32,313 nt of DNA from Verrucomicrobia bacterium UBA1731 (lineage in GTDB: Bacteria; Verrucomicrobiota; Kiritimatiellia; RFP12; UBA1067). The stretch covers positions 1-32,313 of the forward strand of contig DCIH01000081.1 of NCBI GenBank assembly GCA_002317575.1. The letters are read 5' to 3'. Below, piece after piece: positions 19,301-31,300 of the stretch (its first letter is position 1; each line of letters starts with the position of its first letter). The position numbers and the translations under genes are program-made. The notes under the pieces are model-generated. The model did not search any database, was not told where the DNA came from, and saw only the letters and a program-made list of their open reading frames with translations.

Positions 19301-22300
19301 GGCGTGCTGTGGGACGTGGTCGCGAACGCCGCGCACAAGTCCATCACCACCGTGCCCGCGTCGTTCGGCGCGGAAAACCCGGGCGCGGACGCGCTGGAGG
19401 TGGTCGGGTCGCCCGTGGACGGCGGCGCGGTGCTGCCCGCCTACGGCGCGCACCTCGGGATCGAGATCGGCGACGCGTTCACGTGCGTGGCGCCGAAGGA
19501 CGCGGCGGGCGACGTGAAGTACGTGTGCACGGGCTGGGAGATCTGGCGCCACGTGGCGGACACGTTCGACGACTGGACGCTCGAGGCGTCCGGCGACGGC
19601 AACGTCTGCACCTACGTGCACGGCGCGACGGCGGGGCGGCTCGTGTGGAAGTGGTCCGTGAAAGGCCCGGCCGGCGTCTCCGCCGCGGCGGCCACGGCGG
19701 TGGCGCGCACGTCCGCGACGATTCCCGTGTCGATCGCGGGCTTCGGCTACGCGGCCGATTCGGCGGACCTCTACGCCGCCTGGGGCTATTCCGCGGACGT
19801 CCTCGCGTTCACGAACCGCATGATGTCGTCCGTGACGCCGGCCACCACGCCCGACGTGACGCTGGACGGCCTCGCGCCGGGCGCGACGGTGCACGTGCGC
19901 TTCTTCCTCAAGGACAACCTCGGCAACGTCACGGAAGCGCCCGCCGCCACGTCCTTCACGACGTCCGACTTCTGGTGGCGCGAGGAATTCGCGCCGATGG
20001 CGAAGGCCACGGGTTCGCAGTGTTTCGACACGGGCATCTACCCGAACCGCGGCACGCGCGTCACGTTCACGCAGGCCACCACGGACAAGTCCGCGGACAA
20101 GATGACCTTCGGCGAACGCAACTACGGGTTCAACTTCCTGGTGTGGTTCGGCAAGACCGCCGGCACGACCGTGTCTCCCGTCATCGCCGGTGCCACCACC
20201 TCCGTCGCCGACTATTCCTCCGGCAAGGCGCCCGGCGAACGCTGGACGCTCGACTTCGGTCTTTTGTCCGGCCTGTGGGTGGACGACGTGGAGTTCCTTT
20301 CCGGGTTCTGGTTCAAGGCCAACTACGACTCCGCGGCGACGTCCACCGGCACGCTGTATCTGATGGGCCTCCACGACAAGAACAACGCCGGCGAAGCGCG
20401 CAGGTACGTGGGCGAATTCTACCGCTCGAAGGTGTACCAGGACGGCGCGCTCGTCCGGGACTACCGTCCGCGCCTCAAGGACGACGGCGTGACCTGCGGC
20501 ATCTACGACGCGGTCGCGAACGCGTGGGTGGCGACGACGGGCACGTTCGAGTGGGGCGGGCTGAAGCCGCTGGAAGACGATTCGCTCGTGGTGGCCGGCT
20601 TCCCGGGGGAAAGCTCCACGCCCGGGCCCTCGTACGGGCGGCATTCCGACCTCGCCGAGGGCGACGCGTTCACCTGCTCCGCGCCGGCGTTCGTCGACGG
20701 CACGCGCATCGGCCGCGTCGCGGGCTGGAAGCTCTACGAGGCCGTGCCGGACGAAACGGCGTGGCAGCTCGTGGCGGAGGGCGACGGGGACGCCGTCGAC
20801 TACGCGCACGGCACCGAATCCATGAAACTCGAATGGCAGTGGCGCTATTGGGACGAACCCGGCCTCACGTTCAACGGCGTGTGCGAGACGAACGGCACCT
20901 CGGTGCGGATTGACGCCACGGTGAAGGGCTTCGGCTACGACGCGGAGACGGCGTCCCTGGAAATCGCCTGGGGCTACGACGCGGGCACGTACCTCTACAC
21001 GAACGTGCTCGCCGCGGTGGTGTATCCCGGCTTCGTCACGAACTTCCTCTTCGACGGCCTCTCGCCCGCCACGGAATACCACGCGCGGCTCTTCCTGCGC
21101 GATTCCGTCGGCGGCATCGTCGAGATGTCCAACGCGGCGGAAATCGTCTTCGAAACCGAGAACACCGGCCTTTCCGAAGAGCCGCGTTACGTCGCGGCGC
21201 TTGTCGGCGTCAACACGCTCGAGTACGTCACCTTCAACGGCTCCACCTACGTCACCACGGGGATTATTCCGTCCGGACACGAAATCCAGTTCACCTACCG
21301 CACGGTCTACTCCACCGCCTTCGTCAACGACGCCCACGTGATCGGTACGGACTATTCTGGATCGTCCTACAACTACGTGCACTGGACGGAATGGGGCAGC
21401 GGCGCGACGCGCGTCGACCAGCAGCACTACTGCTGGGGCTATGACGGCTCGGAGTTGAACAACTACGGTACCGTGGTCACGAACGTGATCCACGTCGTCG
21501 ACTACAACAAGAAAAACGGCTCGACCTACGAAACGTGGCTGGACGGGACGAGGACGACGTTCAGCAAACTCTCGAAATCGTACTCCGTCCTCAACATCGG
21601 CCGCCGCTCGAGCGTCACGAACTGGAAGGGCGACATGTTCGAGTTCGCCATGATCGACCACGCGACGGGCCAGGACGTGCTGCACTACTATCCCGCCAAG
21701 GATCCGGACGGCAAGGTCTGCTTCTTCGATGCCGTGGCCCGGAAGTACGTGTACCCGTCGGCCGGGACGCTCGTCGCGGGCCCCGAATCGAATCCGAGCG
21801 CCGAGTTCTTGTCCATGGTGCGCGTTTCGGGCAAGCCCGTCGAGAAGCGTGGAACCACCACGCCCGGCTACGGCATCTTCACGGGTTACGCGCAAGGCGA
21901 CAAGATCGAAAACGCCACCGCGTTTTACCACGTGAAGGACGGCGTGACGGGATTCCCCGTCGGCTACACCGTGTACACGAACGACGTTTCGGGCGCGCGG
22001 GTGCCGTGGTTCGCGGAGGACGTTTCCGGCGATTGGGCCGCGCGTCTCGCCTCGCACGCGAATCTCGTGTTCTCCACCAATCATCCCGGCTGCGCCACGT
22101 GGATTGACTGGAACTGGGTCTATCTCGGCGAGAAGGGCCTTGCGTTCAACGACGTGGTGGAGACGAACACGGCGAACGCGATGCTCGATGTGAATGTCAC
22201 GGGCTGGGGCTACGACGCGCCGCGCGCGCAGCTGAAGATGGCGTACGGCTTCCGTCCGGACAATCTCCAGTACACGAACGTCCTGTGGGACGTCGCCGTG

Positions 22301-25300
22301 CCGGGTACCGCCACGAACATCTTCGCCACGGGCTTCATCCCCGGCCAGCACTACTACTTGCGCCTGTTCCTCGAGGACTCCGCCGGCGGCATCGTCGACT
22401 GCGGCGTCACGCGCGAGCTCGAGACGTCCATGGACTGGGAGGAGGTTGCCACCGAAGGCGCCACCGGCGACCCGGGCGTCAACTTCGGCGGTTTCGGCGT
22501 CGGCTTTTCGGGCCGCAGCGACGACAACTACCGCTTCGACGACAAGTACTACCCGCCCAACACGAACGTCGAGCTCAGCGTGTCCAAGAACATCGCGGCG
22601 GGCACGAGCGTCTATGCGCCGGGAAACCAGTCGGTGCTCGTCTACTGGGGCAGCATCTACCTGAAGGGCGGCACGTACAATTTCGCCGCGCAGTACATGG
22701 ACTACCTGTGGCTCAAGATCGACGACCAGGTGCTGATGCGGAGCACGGACTGGGCCAACGTCCAGCGCGCCTCCATCACGCGCGATCCGGGCTGGTACAA
22801 GTTCGAAGCGCGTTTCTCGCACGGCAGCGGCAACTGGGGCGGTTCCTTCGGTCTGCGCTACAACATCGGCGGGAGTTCCACGTCTTCCAACAAGTCCGAC
22901 TATCCGAACGACGTCGCCGACACGGGCGACGGCACCTTCCTGCGCACGGGGTCTGGCGGGTTCCTGGAGGACTGCTTCCTCGTCGCCGGCGCGCCGTCCA
23001 ACTACATGTCGTTCGCCGCGTCGCCGTTGCCGTGTTACGGGCGGTACGCCACGCTCGCGGAAGGGGACGGTTTCGTCGCCACCTCGCCGCACCAGTTCGA
23101 CGACGGACGTGCGTTCCTCACCACGATCGGCTGGCAAATCGACCGCTGGAGCAACGCGGCCAACGCCTTCGCCCTCGAATCCGAAGGCGACGGCACGAAC
23201 ACGTGGTACCGGCACGGCACGACGGCCGGCAAGCTCACGTGGATCTTCCTCGTGTCGAACCACCTTGAAGTCGCGGCGAACGTCGCACGCCGCGGCGACG
23301 TCGCGTACAAGCGCGCGGGCGAAACGGATTGGCACGTGTTCCCGAGCGACTTCAATGTTCTCTTCGCGACGAACGAAGTCGTGACGATCCGTGCGTTCCC
23401 GGGCAAGGGAACGGCGGGCAGCCAAGGCTACAGCTTCAAGAAGTGGAGCGGCGAACTGCCCTCGGGCGTGGACCGCGAGTCGGCCGAAATCCAGATTCGC
23501 ATGGACGTGCCGCGCCGCATTACCGCGACCTTCGACGCGCCGTATTCGATCGGCGCGACGTCCAAGGCCACGTTCAAGATCGCGGGCTACACGGGTTCCG
23601 GCGCGCTGGAGAACTTCCCCGTCCCCGTGCGGCTTTCGGAAGCGACGATGGACGGTTTCGACTATTCGCGCGCGGCGGATGGCGGCGAGGACCTGCGCTT
23701 CTACGACCAGTGGGGCGAGCCGCTTCTGTTCGACGTCGAGAACTGGGACGCCAAAGGCGAGTCCGTTGCGTGGGTGAGCGTGCCCAACATGGACAACGGC
23801 GTCGAGATCACGATGATGTACGGCGACGGCCAGTCGGCGGACGACAACGACCCGACCGAGGTGTGGAGCCGCGCCGACTACAAGGCCGTGTACCACATGA
23901 ACCAGGAAGGGAAACAGCAGGAAGACGCCACCGGCAACGACGCGATGACGGCCACCACCACGGCGGACGTGCTGCTCGGCGCGGGCATGGTCGGTTCCGC
24001 CATCTACAAGACGGGCACGCTCACCGCGCCGAACATCCACGCGAACGCGGGCGTCAATTCGAAGAGCTACACGGTTTCCGGCTGGTACTATTGGCCGGAC
24101 AACTCGGCCGGCACGCAGTGGACGGATCCGTTCTCCAATGGCGGTTGGGGGTCGTGGAGCTGGTACTTTGAATACAATTACTCGAACTATTCGCTGCGGT
24201 TCATCCGCAACGCGAACGTCACCGGGTACTTCAACACGCTCGACTCGTCCAAGTACTGGAACCACCTGTGCATCAGCTACAACGGCTCCAGGTTCGACAT
24301 CTACGTGAACGGCGTGCGCAACACGACGGCGTCCCAGGCGTGGACGTCGGAACCCAGCGCGACGCCGTTGAGCATCTCAACCTTCAAGGGCTGGGTGGAC
24401 GAAACGCGCGTCCGGAACGCCGTGTCGTCGGCGGACTGGATTCTGGCCGAATACATGTTCGCGACGAACGGCGCGCGGGCCGTCTGCACCGACGTCTCCG
24501 CCGTGGGCGGCGGCGGCGAGACGATCTACGTGGGCGTCAATCCGACGGGACTCGACATTGGCGGCGAGGGCTTCACGCCGGACATCGGCGGGTGCCTGGA
24601 TAAACCCGTCTCGGGAACCAGCTACGGCTTCGCGGCGCCGACGTACTGGACGAGCGCGGACGGTCAGCTCATGGGCGTCCGGCGCGGCTACGTGGTGCGG
24701 CGCGAGGACGGCTGGTGCCAAACGAATCGCACCGGGAGCAGCACGGCGAACCGTTCGTTCTCGGAGATGGAGGAGCTGCAGTGGCAGTACGACGTGTTCC
24801 ACGGGCTCGTGGAGACGAACGGCGACAACGTGGCGTTCGGCTTCACCGCGTCCGGTTTTGTGCCGCCGGAAATCACGGCGACGACGGGCACGGTGTTCGC
24901 GCTGTGGGGCTACACGGAAAGCGCGCTCGTCAACTCCAACCGGCTCGCCACGGTGACGACGGGCGCGTACCACCGGTGCGTCCTGAACGGCCTCGAACCC
25001 GAACACGCCTACGTCGCGCGGGTGTACTTCCGTCTGCCGGACGGCTCGCTGCAGGAAGACCCGCACGGGCTCTACCGCTTCTGCACCACCTCGCCGGCGT
25101 TCGGCGGCCAGCCGGGTCTCTTCCAGTACCGCGTGAACACATCGGGCAACGGCATCGGCACGGCGGTGGACTGGAGCCAGCACAAGGACGACCGCGTCCT
25201 CGCCGCGTTTCCCGTGTTCAAGACGTACAGCTGGAAGTCGGCGGACGGCATGAAGAGCTACTCGTGGAGCGGCGGCGGCACGTGGGCGTGGTCGGGCTAC

Positions 25301-28300
25301 ATGTGGTTCGACAAGAAAACATACACCTTCGGCGGCGCGTACGACGACTACTACTACCTGAAGGTGAACGGCACGGTGATGCTCAACGGCGGCGGCAGCG
25401 GTCTCGGCACGAAGCAGTGGGACGTGCCGACGGCGGGCTGGTACCCGATCGAGCTGCGCGTGTGCGACACGGGCGGCGGGTACGGTCCGTGGAACTGGAA
25501 CTGGGGCGTCGCATGGAACATGACGGGCTACAAGACGCAGGACAGCTCGAACAACTGGAAACCGTTCCAGGACACGGGCGACGGCACGCTGCTGCGGACG
25601 GAGCCGGGTCTGGGCGGCATCGAGATCGTGCAGGAAAACGTCGAGGACGGCAAGCTTATGTCCGTCGATCTCCAGTTCGGCGCCATCAAGACCGCGGGCA
25701 CGCTGTACGCGCTCTATTCCGACGTCGCCGGCACGGAAAAGACGAACACCTGGCGGTATGTCGAGAAGGTGGGCTCGCTCGCGAAGGGCGCCACGACGTT
25801 CACCGCGAGCGTCACGAACCTGTGGGGCGCCGCGGACCGCCGGGTGCTGTGCTTCTACTACCAGACCGCGTCGGAGTTGATCGGGTCCGAAAACCTCTAC
25901 TTCCGCGACTACCGCGCGCCGTACCTGACGGAACTCGAAGTCGGCGGACGCGGCGGCGACACGTTGAACGTCACGGGCCGTCTCAAGTCGTACCAGGGAC
26001 CGACGTGCGAGCTGAAGATCTGGGTGGGCGAAACGCGCGAGAACCTGAATGTGTGCTGGGCCGGTTTCCCGGGCAGCCGCCGCACCAAGGCGCGCAGCTT
26101 CAATTTCGACCTCTTCGAGGCGGATGTCGCGTCGGACCACTACTTCAGGCCGGGCAACACCTACTTCGTCTGCGTCGAGGCCATCGACACCTTCGGCCGC
26201 ACCTACCGTTCGAAGGTGCTGGAGGTGACGATGTCGGCGGAGTCCGCGTTCGCGAGCGCGACGCTCACGGAGATGAACCGCCGCACGGCGAAGTGGTCCG
26301 TGAAGATGGCCGAACTCGGCGCCAGCGACCTCGACACCGTCTCGCTCTGGATCGGCACGGAAGCCGCCACCAACGAATTCGGCGAGGCGGACGAAGCGCA
26401 GTTCACGCAGCCCATGGCGGCGCAGTCCATCTTCGACAACACGTCGCACGAATTCGCCTACACATTCCCGGAACTCGAAAAGGACTACTTCTGGCAGTTC
26501 CGAAGCGCGAACGCGACGCAGGGCGGCACCACGAACTGGGTGATCCGCACCGCGCCGCAGGTCGTCTCCACGAAGGACACCACCACCTACACGTGGCGGC
26601 GCAGCGTCCGCGAGGGCCGCTGGGACGATCCCGCGAACTGGAGCGCGAACACCTCCGACGCCATCGGCTGGCCTTCGTCCAAGAGCTGTTCGGTCAATTT
26701 CGACCACGGCACCGAAGCGATCATCCACTGCCCCACGAACATCTACGTGGACTACATCTACTTCAATTCGAAGCACATGAAGCTCACGTTCGACACGAAG
26801 GGCCGCGTTCCCGGCGACGAACCGATCGAGTTCTACGCGCCGCGCATCCGGTTCTTCGACAACAAGTCGGACAACACCGACTACGCGGACGAAATCTCGT
26901 TCTCCGACCTGAAGGTGTGGTGGAGCTACGACTGGGACTACCACCCCGTGGGCTGGCGCCTCACATTCACGGACGGCGCGATCTTCAACTATCCGCACGA
27001 CGGCTTCCGCTGCTACCCCACCACGAAGAACGCGCCGTACGGCTGGAACCAGTTCGAGGTCCTGAACGGCGCCACGGCGAACTTCAACAACTACTACTTC
27101 GGCGGCGGCGCGCGCGTTCTGGTGTCCAACGCCACGATGGTCTGCCGCAGCCAGTTCCTCGTGAGCTGCTGGCAGGGCGGCGGCGTGGTGCGCTTCGAAG
27201 GCACGAACCCCGTGCTGAAGGTGGGCTCCAATTTCCGCGGCGACGTGGACATGTCCGGCAACGTCGCCCTCACGAACAAGTGGGGAGGCTGCGAGTTCAA
27301 CGTGCCCGCGGGCGGGTACGCGGAGCCGCCGATCCAGTTCACGGGCACGGGCAACTACCTTTTCGGCGGGTCCGACGCGGACGGAAAGATCGCCAAGCCC
27401 GTGCAGCTGTGGATTGACCCCCTGAGCCCCGCCGCCTGGACGGACGAAACGATCACCTCGCCGCTCGTGACGTGGAGCAAGGGCGTGAACACCAACCAGG
27501 TGCAGCTGATGACGCTGCCGAACGCCGAAACGGACGCGCTGCTCTACAGTTCGCCGTTGCAGACCGCGTGGACCGAGACGAACGCCTGGGACGCCGCGTA
27601 CGGCGTCGCCACCGGTCTCGCCGTCAGGATCGTGGGCGATTCGCGGTCGGGATCGGTGACGGTGACGGCGTGGCCCGCCGAAAAGGCGGAAGGGGACGGC
27701 GCGTTCATGCCCACCTCGGACGCGAACGGCCGCGCCTACGAGACGTTCGACGATGTTCTGGACGGCTACGTGTTCAAGTGCCCCGCCGCGTACGAGAAAA
27801 CGGACGAGCGCGGCACGTGCGCGGGCTGGAAGTGGTACGCGGAGGATCCGTTCACGCACGTGCGCACCCTCGTAAGCGAGGGATCGGGCAACAACGCGAC
27901 GTACGTGCAGACGAACGCGTGGATGATCCTCGAGTGGCAGTGGGCCGTCGAGTACCGCGTCACGGTGAACATTGTCGGTTCGGGACAGGTTGCGGGCGAC
28001 GCGGAGCAGTGGGTCGCGCACGGCGCCTCGCCGGATCTCGTCGCCACCGAATCGGACACGACGGCGTTCTACCGGTGGAACGCGCGTTCTGGTACGCTGG
28101 ATCTGGCCCAGCCGGACCGCATGACCACGAACCTCACGTGTGTGGTCACGGGGCCGCTCCAGCTCGAGGCGCAGTTCGGAAAGTGCATCTTCGTGGCGAC
28201 GAACGGCAACGATTCGTTGAACGGCCTCACGCTCGGAAACGCGAAGAAGACCGTGCTCAACGCCTACAACGCGGCCGCGGACGGCGACAGCATTCTGGTG

Positions 28301-31300
28301 GACGCCGGCGACCACAACTTCTACAAGTCGAACAATGACAACGACATCCTGCTGATGACGAAGGCCGTGACGATCCGTTCGCTTTCGGGCGACCCCGCGT
28401 CCGCGCGGCTGTACAATTCCGCGCGCAACCGCCGCGTTCTCATCATGCGCAACGCGAGCGGGCGGTTGAAGGACATCACGATCCGCTACGGCAGCACGAG
28501 CGCGAACAGCCAGCGCGGTTCGTGCGTGTGCATCGACACGCAGGGCGGCATCGTCGACAACTGCATCATCCGCGACGGCATCACCGGCAACTGGGGCGCG
28601 TCCGCGGGCGGCATTTCGTGCTACAGCGGCAACGGCTACATCTTCAATTCCGTGATCACGAACTGCACGATGAACAACTACGACCAGCCCTACGGCACGG
28701 CCGTGTACATGGAAAAGGGGCTCATGCGCAATTGCCGCATCACGGGCTGCTACACGTACAATCCGTCGTACGGCACGTACGGCACCGTGTACCTCACCGG
28801 TTCCGCGCGGATGGAATCGACGCAGCTCGACCACAACCAGGCGCGCGATTTCGCCGGCGTGTACGTGGAGGGCAACTCAACCGCCACGGTAGACGGCTGC
28901 ACCTTCTGGGAGAACGTGGTCGCCGGCGACACCGTGAACGAGTACCGCGATGTCTTCGACGGCCCCGAATCGCGCTTCACCAACTGCAAGGCCCGCAAGG
29001 CGTTCGACGAGAACTGGACCGCCATCGGCGGCATCGTCGACGAATCGTTGCCGCTCTCGCTGATGCCCACGCCCTCGAAGATCGTGCAGGGGCAGTCCAT
29101 CTGGTTCACGCCGCACTACGCGCCGGCGGAGGTGAAGCCGATCGAGGCCTACCAGTACGTGTTCGGCGACGGCTCGACGCAGTCGTATCCGGGACCTTCC
29201 GACGGCGTGTCGCTTTCGGGGACGACGCACACGTACACCGTGCCGAAGATCTACTCGCCGAAGTTGAACATCCGCTACACGGACCAGTCCGTGCGCACCT
29301 TCGAACTTGAGAAGGGCATCACCGTGTTCCCGACGAACATGTACGTGCGCAACGCGTCCTTCCGACTCGGTTCGGCCGTGCCCGAATTCCCGTACAACGA
29401 TCCCCAGTACAATTCGCACACGAACATCTTCGAGCTCGTGGACATGGCGATCGACGGCTGCACGATCGTGGTGGACGGTCCCAAGAACGGCGTCGCGCAG
29501 ATTCCGCTCCTGGACAAGACGCTGCACGTGCAGCGCGCGATCACCATCCGCGGCATGGATCCGGCCGATCCCGGACGCACGCAGATCTACCGCAGCAAAA
29601 CCTCGGACAACCGCCTGATCCGTCTGGACCACCCCCAGGCGCGCTTGGAGCATCTGTGCATCTCGAACGCCTACTGCACCCAATGGGGCGAAAACAACGA
29701 CGGGCGCGGCTACACATTCACGATGCAGGGCTACGGCGGCGTCGTTTCGAACTGCGTGGTGAAGAACAACAGGACGTCGCAGTCGCGTCTCGCCTGCTTC
29801 GCCAACGGGGCGAAGTCGATCATCACGCACACCACGTTCACGAACAACATCGCCGAAGGCGCTCAGATCGACGGCGCAGTGGCGCTCATGATCAGCGGCG
29901 GCGCCCAGGCGGACAACTGCCTCTTCACCGGCAACATCATGGCGTCCGGCACGGGCACGCAAACGATCCCCACCGTGTGGGTGGACAACGGCTGGCTCGT
30001 GAACTGCACGATCGTGAACAACACGACGCGCCGACTGGGCGGCGTCTACGCGAACGGTACCTACGGCAGGGTGGTGAACTGCGTGATTCTCGGCAATCTC
30101 GCCGTGGCGCGCACGGAGGACTACAACGACGTGGACGCGTCGCAGTCGGCGGCGTATTTCAATTGTGTCACTTCGGTGGATTTCCCGTACAACGAAACGT
30201 GCACGAAGGAGAATCCTTGGAACGTGTTCAACGACTGGGACAACGGCGATTTGACGCCGTTCCCTGCCGGCGCCCTGCACGAGAAGGGCACGAAGACGAT
30301 CAACCAGGGAACGGTCGTGCCGTACGGAAAGACGGACTTTGCGGGTAATCCGCGTCTTGTGGGCAAAGTTCCGGACATCGGCTGCTGGGAGTGCCAGAAC
30401 ACGAATTCGTTCCAGATCGGCTTCGCCGTGAGCGACAATGTGGTCGCGGAGGGCGGCGAGTTGTCGTTCACGCCGTACGTGATGGGCGGCAAGATGACGG
30501 ACACCTTCGAGTACTGGTGGGATCCCACCACCTACGGCTTCAACGACCAGCTCAACAACATCATCTATACGACCGAGCCCACCAACGTGGTTTGGCGCTA
30601 CAGCGGCATAGGCGACAAATCGCCGCAGCTGAAGGTGACGAAGAACCGCGGCAAGGTCGACGAGGAGACGGTGACCGTCAAGCGCCAGAATCTCGTGTAC
30701 GTGACGCCCGAATGCGTGTACGTGGACCAGAACAGCCGCTATCCCATATATCCGTACGCTTCTTGGGCGACCGCGGCCACGAATCTCGAGGAAGCCATTT
30801 CCATCGCCCGCACGGGCGCGAAGGTGACGCTCGCCGAGGGCACCTACGACATCAAGGCCCCCATCGAGATCAAATACGGCATCACCGTCCGCGGTCCGAC
30901 GAACGACCCCGCCAAGGCCATGATCCGCATGCCCGGAGTCACCAGCAAGGACTACATGCTCAAGATGTCCAACGCCAAGTTGGTGGTGTCGGGACTTACC
31001 CTGGACGCGGGCGCCAAAAACGGCAAATACAACGGTTGCGTGCTCGTCGACTACGGCGGCGGCACGATCTCGAACTGCGTCCTCCAAAACGCCTGGCCGA
31101 ACGAGCGGTGGCAGAGCGGATTCACGTGGCGCAATCTGAGCGGCTACGGTCTTTTGACGCACTCGAAGGTGACCAATTGCGCGGTGTTGCAAAACGGCGC
31201 CACGGACGGCAACATGCGTTCGATTTTGAGCAACGAATCGCAGAGCGGACGCATTTCGAACTGCCTGATCTGCGACAACAACGTCCGGGACAATTCAAAC

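Larger units (their letters stand above)
13865..25087 (+). repeat. array of divergent protein-level supermodules (jelly-roll A or LamG, then B module, then Fn3-like F) inside the giant gene
   Basis: The region holds six A modules, three LamG modules, nine of the ten B modules and six F modules in a recurring order (coordinates in the findings). Similarity is visible only at the amino-acid motif level, not as near-identical DNA. Confidence 0.7.

Noticed and set aside
13256-24265. Very long minus-strand ORFs: 3669 aa at 13256..24265, 1485 aa at 24377..28834, 771 aa at 28877..31192, 1634 aa at 1353..6257, 620 aa at 6452..8314, 486 aa at 7896..9356 and 640 aa at 11180..13102.
   Set aside because: Each is in exact codon register with the plus-strand gene it mirrors; for example, 24263-13214 and 1536-1353 are multiples of 3. 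Antisense stops would therefore require the sense codons TTA, CTA or TCA, which this GC-rich genome avoids. The products are Arg/Ala/His/Val/Gly-rich low-complexity strings with no signal peptides, SDs or motifs. The 1353..6257 ORF crosses two intergenic spacers only because the genes at 1536, 3084 and 5589 happen to share one frame.
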